Assembly: GCA_905178155.1 (NCBI GenBank)
Contig: CAJINV010000002.1
Coordinates: 6,180,476-6,244,475, forward strand
Direction: 5' to 3'
DNA length: 64,000 nucleotides
Source: Amoebophrya sp. A120
Lineage: Eukaryota; Protista; Dinoflagellata
The notes below the pieces were generated by a model, which was given only the letters and a program-made list of their open reading frames with translations, ran no database searches and was not told where the DNA came from. The translations under genes were made by a program, and so were the position numbers. Of the stretch, positions 10,900 to 23,419 are shown piece by piece (position 1 is the stretch's first letter; each line of letters begins with the position of its first letter).

Positions 10900-11706
10900 T
10901 TGAGTTTCTTTTGTCGTACTTCTTCTAGGACTAGGTCCGCCAGAGTTGTAACTCTACCTTCGATAAAAAGCTCATGCCCTTGAGGTAGATGCTATACTTC
11001 GACAAGACAGAAGATCGTGGTGACACAGAGAGCTCATGTATATGTTCCCCAAAATGCAGGTTATCATACTCAAGTCGCCGCTTCACTTCTTTCTGTCATT
11101 CGAATTTTTGTGTGGAATAAACTGAATGATTTCCATTGGATCGAGCCTGGTGTACCGCATGCGCTCTGCGAAGGGTTTCATGATCTGCATCTGCTGAGTC
11201 TGAAGCTGATCATGGACCGGAATGGCGTAAATTTGTGACTCGATCGTTTGTGGGCTATTTTCGAATGTGTGATCGCGACCTTTGTATCTCTTCAAGTGCC
11301 GTGGCGTGCTCCAGCAAAAAAGATAAGTTTAATGCTTGCCATGACTAGTGCACTTCTAATTTTCCTCGCGATCATTGAAGTAGTCGCTGTGATCAGAGCA
11401 AATAGAGCGAGTCTCTGCCCTCTAAAGACAAGTTCATTTTCGAAGATCAACAGCACCACACGAACACGCATCAACAGCTCGACAAAAGTAAAGTTGCTGC
11501 CACAAAGTGTCGAAGATATTTCGCTTTGCAAACACTGCAATTTTATCAGAGTGAATGATTGTAAATTCGTTGCGTAGGTGTCGTGTCGTCTGTGATTTTT
11601 TATCTCATGCGCGTATTAAACAACTGAAAGCTCCTCAGCGAAGGGCGTCAGAACGAAGAGGTGCAGAGCTGCACCTGCGACGTCATTCGCAATTTTCTGA
11701 CGGCTG

Positions 11707-14700
11707 TCACGTCTGATCCAGCACTCCCTCTCTACTAGACGGACTTGGCCCACCCGTTCTGCTACTGCTATACCGTATTCTCGGCGGCCCTATCGGGTCT
11801 TCCCCCTCCTCGCTCTCCTCCTCTTCGGTTGCAGCTTCGGCTTCCTCGTCAGATGAATTCGTTGCGTTTTGTCCCTCGTTGTCGCCCAAAAGCTCGTCGC
11901 TATCAACGTCTAAATCCTCGTCGTCGGAGGCAATCCCGTCCTCCGGAAGATCGTCGTCACTGCTTGTTCCGGCTGCGTACGACTGGCCGCCAGTTTTTGT
12001 CCCTCTATTTTTAAAGCTACGGTCATCTCCTTCCAACCGCTGCTGGTCGCTGTTGAAACGAAGGCTCGATGATGAGGAAGACGAGCCAGCAACCCCGACC
12101 GTACTACTCGTCGACGCCCAGGGCACGCCGCAAAGGGGAAGCTGCAAGTAATTGTTTCCTGATTTGTTTCTCGTCATCTCATCCTCTCCCGGCGGGCTGT
12201 CCGGATGAGCCTGTTCGTGCTGCCCTTCCTTCTGCAAAACAGGCGGGTTCTTCACGGCGGATTGGCGAACGCGCGGGTCGCCAAACTCGTTGAACTGATC
12301 GAGTCGTTTCAAAACTCGCACGCGCTTGTTGATCACGGATTTGCAGTAGTCGTGGCCCTCGCCAAACATCGTCTCCAAGATTTTCAGTGCCTTGTCGTAC
12401 TCGGTGATAGACTGTGGTAGCGGTTTTTCAAATAACATAAAACAGTAATCATACTCAAGATGTGTCCGACGCATGGAAAAAGTCGTTTTTCATCATGCAC
12501 AGCCCCATGTAACACAAGAACGTATCTTCAAACATAGTTCATCTCTCTACAACTGCTCCTGTAGCTATACCTCCCCCAGCCATCTCCTGGTCATATCCGG
12601 ATCGCCGTGAATTTCCGGGTTGTTTTTCGTGCAGCGAAACAACAGCTCCCCGAGCGTCTCCATAGTCCAGGCGTGCGCGCCGTTGATCCCCGAGGGGAAC
12701 GCGAACTGGTGGAAGTTGATCCGCAGCCGCGCGTAGTGGATCGCCCGGTCGTAGTCTTTCGACTGGTCGAAATAGTCCTGGGCGATGCCCCAAAACCTCT
12801 CCTGGAGCCAATGTTGGCTGAAAATGGAGTTCGCGCGCTCCAGCACCGTGGAGATCTTGGACTCGGACAGGGACTGAAATCATCGATTTGTTGTTTGTTG
12901 AGTGTAGTCTTGTTCACTGCATCCAAAATAAAAGCGCACCTGATGTAGAAAGTTCACAGAGAGGAACTACACGCTCGTTGTGCTACTGCTACAGTTCCAG
13001 CACTATACCTTTGCCGTCCCGTGACTTGTCCCGTAGGTCTTGTTGTTTTTCTCCACCAGCGCCGTCCAGTGGTCGTAGGTCTTCTGCATTTCCTTCTCAT
13101 ACGCCCGGAACTGCGGCCACTCCTGCTTGTACTTGAACATGTTGCACTTGTTGCAGCTGAACGGCTTGTCCGCGTTCGTGTCTTGGTCGACGTTCGGAAA
13201 AATCGTGCCGATTTTGCACCAAGGGCAGAGGAAACCGCGGGAGAAATCCTGGCCGGAGAGACACCTCGAAGGTTGAGGTCGAACACGAAATCTACAATTT
13301 GATGCATTCTTCTGACCAGAATTTGTTCAAGAGTGTCGTGCGTATCCTTCTTCATCATTGCAACTACCACTACGTGCCAAGAAAAACGGGCACAAAATAG
13401 AATCTCCCCCGTTACAACACATACCTCTCGCACGTGCACAGGAAGTGTTTCGACTCTTCCAAGCAGTGTCTTCTCGCCTGCGCTGACTCCATCAGGGCTT
13501 CTTCGGCCAAGTAGCTGCAGCAAATTTCGTCTCCCGCCTTCACCTTTCTCCGCGCCCGGAGCACGAACAAGTCGTCGTTTTTGTAGTGCCAGACCACGTT
13601 CGGGTGACAGGAGTGGGACATGAAGCTGGACATGAAGTAGGTGCTGTACCCCAGCGGGTTCTCGCTGTGCTCAAAGCAGTTCAAGATCCACACCTGGAGC
13701 AGCCGCTCGATCAGGAGACCGAGCTCTTGTTTCTGCTCCTCACTCTCGGCCTTGTCCGCCAAGTGGAGCTCGTCGATGAGCAGCATCACGTCGGAGGAGG
13801 CCTGGTTCACCTCACCTAGAAAGGTTGATGATGGCGGGAAAATTTGTATTGTGTTCCATGGTATGACTTTAACTTCACGATCAGTTTCTGATCCAAAATG
13901 TCTATGTTGTAGAAGCTTCATACTTATTCAAAACTAAAAATACGTCTCTCTGTCATCTATACCGTGATACAGCAGCAACAGTTTGTATTGCTGGTCGGCG
14001 GAGATTTGGCGCAAATATCGAAAAGCGCCGCTCTTATCAAGAGGAAAAATCCCCCCTCCCCATATCGAAAAGGTACGTCGCAGAAAATTTGCAATGCTGA
14101 TTTGCGACCACAAATGATCTCTGTCTTGCAAGAAGGCAATTCCACAGGCTCCGCCGCATTATGCAGGCGGTTTGTGATGCTGTTTGGCCTACAGCGCAGA
14201 CGTTTCTCATGCTAAGCGCCTAGGCCAAAACCTCTCTACTCAGGCTTGATGTGGGCCTGCAGTCCTCTTCAGGAAGACAAATCTGATATGTGTACTCAAA
14301 TCCAGCATCACAAATTTCGTTTTGGATATGGGGAGGGGAGGATTTTTCCTTTTGATAGCTCTTCCCCGCACTTTGCCGCCTCCGATTTGATTGCGGCTCT
14401 TCACTGTCCTCGTCCTCCATGGGGTCTTGTCCTGCGCCGCCGAGAAAAACCCCAGAATTCGCCAAGTCCTCAGCAGTCAACGAGTTCAACGCGCACCAGT
14501 ACCACAATGGCTCGTAGTCCAAGGGTTTATGCTCCTTGTAAAGCTCCTTCATCCGGATGTAATACGCGTTTTTGTCCAACCGTATCGGCTCGGCGACAAT
14601 GTGCAACGGTGGTTCCTCAAAGAGCAGGTCCCCCTCCTCATAGTCGCGGTTGGCCGTCAGAATCCGGCCCTTCTGATCATTATGGGAACAGAGGAAGCTC

Positions 14701-14996
14701 CCCCGGTGGTTCTGCCCGCAGTAGAGATTGATGTACTTACACCCGTGCGGATCGTTCGGCTGTATTGGGATCGGCGCCCGGTTGTTCGAGGATGATGTTT
14801 TCGGGCTCGAAGACTTGGAGTGGCCGCCATTTGATTTTACTTCGGAGACCTCCATGGCGTCGCTGTTTTGCTCTTCCCTGTCGCTACTATTCGACGCGGA
14901 CGAACTTGCGCTGGACTTGCTGTTGCTGAAAACTCTGCCGCCGTGGTTGTGCGTCGAGGGGTCGTCGAGGGTCATGGTGGTTGATGATGTTGCCAC
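11707..14996 (-). CDS. SMYD-like SET-domain lysine methyltransferase with TPR-like C-terminus; four GT-AG introns plus introner 14035-14357
   Basis: KGRILTANRDYEEGDLLFEEPP; SFMSHSCHPNV; ARRKVKAGDEICCSYL; post-SET FLCTCER|CL. Start uncertain (first in-frame ATG at 14975). Confidence 0.85.
14035..14357. mobile_element. Introner family B, 323 bp, TSD GCTCT
   Basis: TIR tatcaagaggaaaaatcccccctccccatatc / gatatggggaggggaggatttttccttttgata. Removal gives in-frame AGKS|GAFRYLRQ. Confidence 0.93.
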
Positions 14997-16374
14997 GGCG
15001 CCGACAGCTGGGACACTAGGCTGAGGCGGGTCTTGCTGTCGTTCGATCGACTGTCGCTCGTCCGGTCGCTAGGTAGACGAGCGGCAATTTTTGCAATACC
15101 CGAGACAACTTTTGCAGCTGCCAATCATTGCTCCATCATGATCAACTGAAATTTGAATGCGCTTGTGCTTGATATTACGGTCTACAAGAAACCAAAGTCG
15201 GAAGTTGTACTACGCCAGCTGCGGTTCTTGGATGCAGGAATCTAGAGAAGAATAACTCGTCTTACAGAGGGTGAGAAATCAGTCTTCGAATTCGAGTTGT
15301 AGAAGCGATAACGTTGCAGCAACGAGCAGCAAAAATCTTCCGAAATCGACCTGACGTAGATAGAATAGCAAAGCGATATAAAGTGGACAGCAACTACACG
15401 TTTTTATTTCACTCTCAAGCCCAACCAGAGTTTGGCTGGCCTGGCCGCCACGCCAGCACGATAAAGTATCTTGAGATCCTGTAGCCGGGAGCCCTCAACT
15501 TCGGGGCTCGTCCGAGATGCATACGAAAAGCGAATATTGATCGTCGGGATGAATAGAGATAGTTCTTCTGCGGTCCCTGCGATAGAACATTTGGGCGAAG
15601 GCTAATTGAAATCGATTCGCGCACCGCATCGGGCCAAGTACTAGTGCCACTGCTTCTCACTCCAAGTAAGAAGTAGCAGCAGCGAGCGCACCGCTGGCAC
15701 CTCTACATGATGCACAAGCAGGGCAGCGCAGTCTTAGTTTGTACAACTTCAAGATTGGAATGTGGTGGAAAAAACCAATTACAGACAGCATGTCGAGAAG
15801 AAGTTCCAAGTGTCATCTCAAATTCAAATGTTTTGCTTCATTCAAGCACTGTCCAAACGTTGAAGACGTTGGAACGAAGTATGAAAAAAGAAGCGCAACA
15901 TATCACGGAAGCTCCTGCGACAATTGTCCATAGTGGGTGAAGAAAAAAATAAAAAATGAAAAAACAAAAACAAGAAAATAAAATGTGCATTAACAACTCC
16001 TAAATTACAAAAATTTTATGTACACAAGGTGTGGTGAAAAAAAATGTGTGAATGTCGTGGCACAGCTGTGCAGAACAAGCTGCTATGTGCTTTGGCTTTT
16101 GTTGTAGTGTGTTCAAGTTGGTAATAATGGATGAAATAAATGACGGGTAGATAAAAGATTGCTATAGTAGGGGTAGGAATAATTATTGTTGTAGGTGTGG
16201 CTTGCTGGTAAAAGTGTAATAGCGTCAAGTGTAAAAGTGTGAAAAGAAGTGTAACCTAAAATGGATGAGATTAAAAAAACCGGCGGGCAATCGTCTTCTC
16301 TTGCTCTATTTACGTTTCTAGTTCGAAAATATCAACTAGGCCTCTTAGATTGCTCCTGCTCTTTCTTCTACTAG

Positions 16375-19300
16375 CTAATTGTTCATATCCTGCAGAAATT
16401 GTGCCACCTCGTCCTGTGTCGTTTGAAACGCTTTGAGCAGAAACGGGTGGGCTTGGAGTTCGAAGATGTCCAGCCGGTCCTTGGGGTCGAGCTGCAAGCA
16501 GTTTTCCACAAAGTCGCAAAGCTCAAAACTGTACTCGTACTGTTCTTTGTTTTGTCGTTTTTTCGCTTCTGATCGTTGTCCTGGATTTTTTCGTTGCACA
16601 AGATGCACACCTTTTTGATGTTCCTGTATCGGCGATACAACCATGTGTGACGAAGCTGATAGAATTCTGCTCTTACTGTCTTCTTCGCAGGAAAGGTCTG
16701 ATTTAGTGCTTTTCTCCGTGATTTCCTTGTCCTGACCGAAACTACTACTCCCAGTTTCATCGTTCTGCGAGGTCGACGAGTTATTTTCCACCGACTGTAT
16801 CCTGAGTAAAAACGTCCCCACACCAGAGTTGTAATGCAGATTTGCATAGACAGGAAGACTTGTAATGCGCATCCTCATGAGAGCCATTTCCAGTCGTGTT
16901 TTGGAATTTGTGATGCTGTGAACAGGATGAGCAGCTGGATTTGTGACGCGGCTGCACTTGCTAACCTGCACTACACTGCGGAGTGCAACTTGTCATGCGT
17001 GACTCACAAAGCTCCTAGGTTTGTGTTGCAAAATCCCCATCCTGACTCTGGTGTGGGTACGTTTTTACTCAGAATAGACTGCTTCGAATTGTTGCTAACA
17101 GCTCTGCAGCTCGCAGTAGGTGCTGCACTTCCTGCCCAAGCGGACAACTTCGACCCAGGGCGTGTTTGACAGGTCGATGTGGAGCAAGGCGTGGGCATCA
17201 CGGTGCTGCAGGTTTTGTCCAGATTCAACAAGTAGTTGTGCTTGTTGTTACCGTTGAACTGCGTCGTTGTGCAGCTTTCGGCTTGATTCACACTACTATT
17301 ATTGTCCACCCCGAGTTGTGAGGTTGTAGGAGTGGGATTTGGGAGATACAGAATCCCCCCTGCTGCATGGAAGTAGTTATTTTTCATGCAAAAATGCTCG
17401 GTCTTCACTGTTGAGCAGGCTGCAGGGGTAAAAGGCGTGTAGACACAAGTGCTCTGCTCGTTTTGCGAATTCATTTCTGTCGTTGTTCCCAGCATTTTTG
17501 TGCTTTCTTCCTCCACTGTTGGTGTGACACAAAACATCCCAGCTGAAGATCCTCGCCCACCAGCAGTGTTACAACTCATCCCGCCTATTGATGCACCACC
17601 CGCTATCCCTCCGACAAAACTGCTGTCTAGTTTCAACTTGTGCGGAAGCAAACAGCTAGCTTCGGAGCTGACCATGGAGATGCAGGAATTCAAACCGTTT
17701 AAATTTTCCTGGTTGTAAAAATCGTCCTGATCGAACAAAACTGGGGTGTCCACAGAGGAGCTCGAACTTCTCTCGATTTTTACGTTGTCCGCCGAAATTT
17801 GTTCCACCTCGGTAATTCCCTGCATGTTGAAGTTCGGCGTTTCGCAGAGTTGATTTTTTAGTATTTCCCTCTGCTGGTGTCCGCGGCACAGGGATTTTTG
17901 GGAAGGTTGTTGTTGAAAAGAATGGTCGTGCGTTTCTCGTCGCTCCTGCTGTTCTGCCTCTACTGCTCCCAAGCTCTTGCAACTGTTGCTGCTGCTGCTT
18001 CTGGAGATAGATGATGGCGGCCCTCTGTTTGATACTCTCTGGTTTGCGCTTTTCGTGCTTTCGGGTCGTGCAACATCTACTGCGAGTTTTTTGTCGAAAT
18101 CAATATTTTCAACATCTTCCTGCAACGAAAGCTCCGCAGACTGCTCAAGAACATCGGGCGTAAAGCTCTCAAGATGAAAGACTTCGTCGTTCACTAATCT
18201 CGGCGGCTGCAGTAGGTTCACGTAATCGAAGTTCACGCCCATCGCTCTGTTTCCCCCACCACCTCCCCCACCGCCGTTATGAGAGCTACACCTGCTACTG
18301 TTCCCATTGTAATTGTTTCCACCTCCGCCGCCAAACGTTTTCGGCAGTTCCCCCGCAGCCAGCTCGTAGACACAAATGCCCAGCGACCAGATGTCGCTTG
18401 GTTTCCCGTATCTCCTCCCGCCCCGCCCGAACCGCTCCGGGGCCATGCACACCTTCGTCCCGACAAAAGTGCGGCAGTGGCCGTCCGGGTTGTCGACGTT
18501 GAGCTTTTTTGACACCCCGAAATCGGTCAGTTTCACCTCCCCCCGACTGTTTACGAGGATATTTTCCAATTTTATATCGCGGTGCAGTATGTCGTTTAAG
18601 TGGAGTGTCTTCAGCGCTTCGGTCATCTGCAAGATTAAGAACGCCAGAATCGCTTCGGGGATCCGCTTTCTCCTCTTCTTCATATTCACCTTGTTTCTTT
18701 GCGAAGACGAGGATGATGAAGAAGATGAACTTGATAAAGAACCATAGTCGTTGTAGTTGTACATGTTCCTGCAGTAGTAGTCCGAGTGTCGGAACAGGTC
18801 CGCGATGCTGCCCAAATCCATGTACTCTAACACGATGTGCACCTGCTTCCTGTTTTATGCATTGCAAAAATGTCTGGGTCTGGAAGATCCTGAGACTTGT
18901 CATGCACGTTTTGCATGTGCCATGATGTCTGTAATGCATGCCGTAGCATCACAGACTTTTCGAGGGCTTCGCGATGCCTATTCCGCATGACAAATGCCTC
19001 CTCCGCGTAGCCAAAATTGCATTCCCTTTGCTGGTCATGCAGTACAGATTTTTTTGGAATCCAAATGCAGCGTCACAAGTTCGGACTCTTCCAGACCCAG
19101 ACATTTTTGCATTTGATATGTTTTTCGTTTCATCCACCAAATACGCGGCCAGCAGCTGGACCAGGAACGGGCTGTGCGCGTCGGACATGTGGAGATGTAA
19201 GTTCAAATCATTCACCAGCTGTTGTTGACTACTGTGATCCATGGCGTTGATGATCTTCACCGCCACGGGGGTCTTCGTCGGCCCGTGGATCGCCTTCATC

Positions 19301-22300
19301 ACCGACCCGCTCGCCCCGTGCCCGAGATGCGCGTTTCCGTTGGAGTTGTCATACTGAATATCCGAGGGGTGGATCACGTTCTTGTAGTCGCAATTCGGCT
19401 CGGACTCCGCGATCGTGTGGGAACAGGATTCCTCGTGCGAACTATCTTCGGCGGAGCCGGGAAGGATGTTGTTGAGACCACTTGTTCTCTGGTGCATTTC
19501 ATCTGCTTCCTCGTGAAGGAACCTCAAATCGCGGAATTCGGGCGAAGACCGGTGGTCGGTGGACAAAAGGAGCAGTTGTCCTGGGCTGCTGCTATCTGCG
19601 ACTTCATCTTCATCGTATTGTATTTGCTGTTGTTCAACATCTTCCGCGACCGCGAACTGTTGTAGATGTCTTTCTCCTTTCTTCCCTGCTGTGGATGATA
19701 AACATAAATTCGCTGTGTTGACACCTTGCCTTCTTGTCTCGACTCCGGCGTGCTCGGGTGAGATAGGCTGTCTTTCCTCTGGTCGTTCATCTCTGTGTTC
19801 CTCCACGATGTCATCTAACTCTACATTTTCAAACGGAAAGTCGATCGTGCTCTGCCTCGCAAATAAGTCCACGGTCGATTGTCTCTTCACTGGTCGCGGG
19901 TAAATGTCTATGTCGTCGCTCTGACAATTATCTTCATCATCTTCAATCTCGACTTCTATTTCGGGCGAAGCGTCGGGGGAAGGAGAGGATGCTTCCTCGA
20001 AGGCGTTTCTCCTCTTGTCCGCTCTTACTCGTTATCCAAGAAAAAAACGGTGTAAGTGTAAGTATTTTGCAGGAACAGCATTACAGATTTGTGTTGCATG
20101 ACAGAAAACTTGTCATGCGTAGCTAGTACGCTAAAACACGTAGTAAAATAGCCTCTGATGCATATCCGGCATGACAAGTGTAACTGTATTGCAACATCTG
20201 CAAGACAAAGTTACAGTTACACAGTTTTCTTCTTGCATACTCGTCGTCCCGATTGTACTACTTCGTCACCCCCAATTCTCCCGGTGTAGGCCGCAACTTC
20301 TACCTCTCGTCGCGAGGACGCCGATGATGTATTGTCCTGTTTACGACTCCCTGTGCAACTTGAAGCAACTACAGCAGGCTCAACATCGATTTTATGACCA
20401 TTCTCCCTCGTCACGGACGCACTGTTACTTCGTGACGAGCACCGCGATAAGCTCATCCTGCTGGAGCGGGCGGAGGAAGGTGGGAGGAGAAATGGTTGAT
20501 TTGTCCTGGATACCAAATGTAAAAATGTCTGGGTCTGGAAACTTGTGATGCTGGGTGGCATATCATGAGGCAGCCACAAGTGCTGGCTCAGCATGAGAAG
20601 TTTCTGAGCTTCTAGGTGTTGCCTATTCTGCATGACAAACTGCGTTTCTGCATGACAGAAAAGTGGCGCTCTTGGGTAACGTGCATGACAGACTTGAGAG
20701 TCATGCCAGACACGCATGACAAACATTGACTCTTCCAGACCCAGACACTTTTACATTTGATACTGGATCTGCGCTGTTGCGCTCCTGTATTTGGACGCTG
20801 CCCCTGCCCAGCACCGGCTGAACTAAAACCATTGGAACAATTCTTCCCTGCGCCGATATCCTCGTCGTCCTCTACCTCGTCGAAAATCCTGCTGCTCCGA
20901 CTGTTGTTCACGTCACAATAACTCGCTCTTGAGGAAGACACCACGGAAATCCGGCTCGCTGCGGACGAACTCCGCGCGGAGCTGCTTCGCCGGCTGTCGT
21001 AGGATATCAGCCGATTGTCCAGTTGATGTCTGTTCTCCTTTTTTGTAGTGGATTTCTTCGTCGAGCAGTTTGTTCTGGAAAAACTCAGCCGATCGCGGCT
21101 CCTTGTCGTGGAACTATTCCTCGACGGTGGCAAGAGGAGTTCTTCCCTGACTGGAGCCGGCGCATCTTCCAATTCGCAAGAAGAAGAGTAGCTGCTTGAT
21201 GTTCCACTACTACCAGAGCCCTCCTCCTCCTTGCTGCGGTCCGAACCCGAAGTACTAGATTCTTGCGGGACGGCGTCGAAGGAACCTCCCGCAATAGAGG
21301 CACCGTGTTGGTTCTGCACCGTATCTCGCGCAGACGAACTGGATCGCGTTAATGAATTCGGAACAATTATAGCAGGGACAACTACTCCATTCATGCCCCA
21401 ATTCGTCTTGCTGTTCCGCTCCGTTTTCCGTACCAGTGCTTCCGGCGGAGGCCCTACGTACATCGAACTCCGGCGTTGGAGTGTGGGTTTGTTCTTTCGG
21501 TGGGGATTTGTTCTAACCGGATTGCAGTAGGCCACGTCGTTCTTCATTGCACAACCAGACGGGCTTATTTGCTCGTCTACCGAGTGGAGGTAGTTGCTTG
21601 CGTTCTGGTTCTGGTTATGGTTCAAAACTATCCCCCGATTCGCAGATGATGATCCACAGCCGTGGTTGTTTCTACTCGTCGGACTGGCCGTGTTGCTGTG
21701 CAGCAGCAAGTTCCCGCCCGTCCCTGACTGATTCAAAAGCAGGGAATTTCTCCTCTGCAAAAACACCTGCTCCGAAAACCTCCGCTTCAGCTCCTTTTTC
21801 TTCTTTGGCGTGTGGAAATGCCGCACCGCTTTCTTCCACCGTAGGATGCCCTTAGTGCCTAATTTCAAGCCCGAATTGTTATCCAGAAGCTCGTCATTCG
21901 CGATTTCAACATTCGCGTTGGAGTTTTGTTTCTGCAGGTTTTTATTCTTGTGTGCGGACCTGTAGTTGGTGTGATCCACGTTCATGTTGCCGGTGTTTCC
22001 ATGATTTTCCGGCTGATTCCCACCTGCGCCTCCCGCAGTGTGAAAGTTGTCGCCGCCGATGCTGCAGCTGGTGCTGGATCTGCGGTACCGCGAGTCGTGG
22101 GAACAGCGGGAAGAGATAATGGTGTCCACAGTAAATTCCCCGTACACATAAAAATGCAAAAAAGAAAAATTGCCTTCAAGAACCTTGTGCAGCATGACAA
22201 GTGGCACTCTTCATACTTGGATGGCGAAATTCATCATGCGTTTTGTACGTGTACGGATGAAAATTTGTGTTGCATAGATTGTGTCTAGAGCGTAGTTCAT

Positions 22301-22519
22301 AGACTTGTTGTTCAAATCGTTCGGCTCATCTGGACCCGCGCCGAACATGTCGAGGTAAAGGTCCCGGTCCATGTCTTCGCTCTCATCCAGCAAGGGAACT
22401 CCACTGGTGGCGCCGATCGGCGTCAAAACGGGAGAAAGAAGTTGCGGCTGCACGGACGAGGATGGTGCGCCGTCGTTAGCCGTAGCCGTCGTCACGGTGA
22501 GTGCGGAGGTCGATGACAT
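16375..22519 (-). CDS. STE7/MAP2K-family protein kinase with long N-terminal extension and a large insert between subdomains IX and XI; interrupted by 4 introners plus one uncertain intron
   Basis: LGHGASGSV, VAVKII, VHIVLEYMDLGS, HRDIKLENILVNSRGEVKLTDFGVS, TFVGTKVCMAPER, SDIWSLG, CDFVENCLQLDPKDR...HPFL. ORFs join in frame after element removal. Confidence 0.9.
16798..17076. mobile_element. Introner family C, 279 bp, TSD GACTG
   Basis: TIR tatcctgagtaaaaacgtccccacaccagagt / actctggtgtgggtacgtttttactcagaata. Removal gives SKQS|VENNS. Confidence 0.95.
18856..19118. mobile_element. Introner family A, 263 bp, TSD TGTTT
   Basis: Family A TIRs. Removal restores kinase DETKN|RKQVHIVLEYMD. Confidence 0.95.
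20033..20239. mobile_element. Introner (single-copy family H), 207 bp, TSD CTCGT
   Basis: tatccaagaaaaaaacggtgtaagtgtaa versus reverse complement tatgcaagaagaaaactgtgtaactgtaa. In-frame join GRR|VRADK into the 18949-19890 frame. Confidence 0.88.
20511..20762. mobile_element. Introner family A (subfamily A2), 252 bp, TSD CTGGA
   Basis: Family A TIRs. In-frame join QRRS|RTNQP. Confidence 0.95.
22145..22294 (-). other. Probable non-canonical or degenerate intron (~150 bp) in the kinase 5' region
   Basis: Contains the only in-frame stop (22211-22213) and a gcatgacaag motif; flanked by a cgta direct repeat. TIRs are weak and the boundaries uncertain. Confidence 0.45.
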
Positions 22520-23419
22520 ATTTACAATTTTTACGAGGGATAAGAACGAAAAGTATTCAAGAACTGAAAAATGAAGAGTACGGCTCAAGTTTCTTGTGGA
22601 GGACGTAGCTCAGGGTCAAATTTTCAGGTTCAAAGTAGAAGACCAGGGAAAAGACAGAAGTTTCAATTTAGCAAAACGTCAAAACCTAGCAGAAGTATTC
22701 AGGAAGTTGATACAAGAGGGTTTTCGTTTTGGAGGTGCTAATAGTGCAATTATTCCATCTTTTGGATACACACGTGGTCACAATGACATCATTGTGAAAT
22801 TGTTGTGCAAGGAATCAAGAGAGAAAGCTCAGGAAGGCCGAAGTGACGGACTAGAAACGTAAATACGAGGAAGGCTTCTATACATACTTTCATTGGGAAA
22901 AAAAAAGCTATGGTTTGGCAATTGTCCACTGCGTGCTCTATGTTTTCGGTTTCGCGGTTTTCCAAGATGCCGCCACGTTCAACTTACTTCACGATCACGT
23001 TCACCGACAATGAGAATTTTTTCCAACATTCTATGACCTAACCCCTGCCTGACACTTTGGATTCACTGCCTGCGACGATGAAAAAAGCTGTCCACTTTGA
23101 TGATGCGATATCTTTTATATGCGCTATTTATCCTCGTGGATAGAAACTCCCAAAAACGTGGACTCACGCCGCACCCTATGTAGTAAGGGCGGCACGAAAC
23201 ACTGGCAGAAAACCAAAAGTCGACCGAATTATGATTGGACAAGCACCAGAGGAGAGTGAGCACGCTTGTTGGTGGGTCTAGTAGAGAACAAGAAGCATGC
23301 CCTCTATCAGTAGCGGCAGATGATCCCCAACTAAGTGCAGCAGGCGCGAGCGCGACGACACACAAACCCTATAATTACATCACGACGATCTTCATATATT
23401 CATACATAAAAGGGCAACC

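Noticed and set aside
11017-11577. Short intergenic ORFs (also 30034-30547, 43227-43676, 45661-46370 and 61977-62329)
   Set aside because: No recognisable motifs or convincing gene structure.
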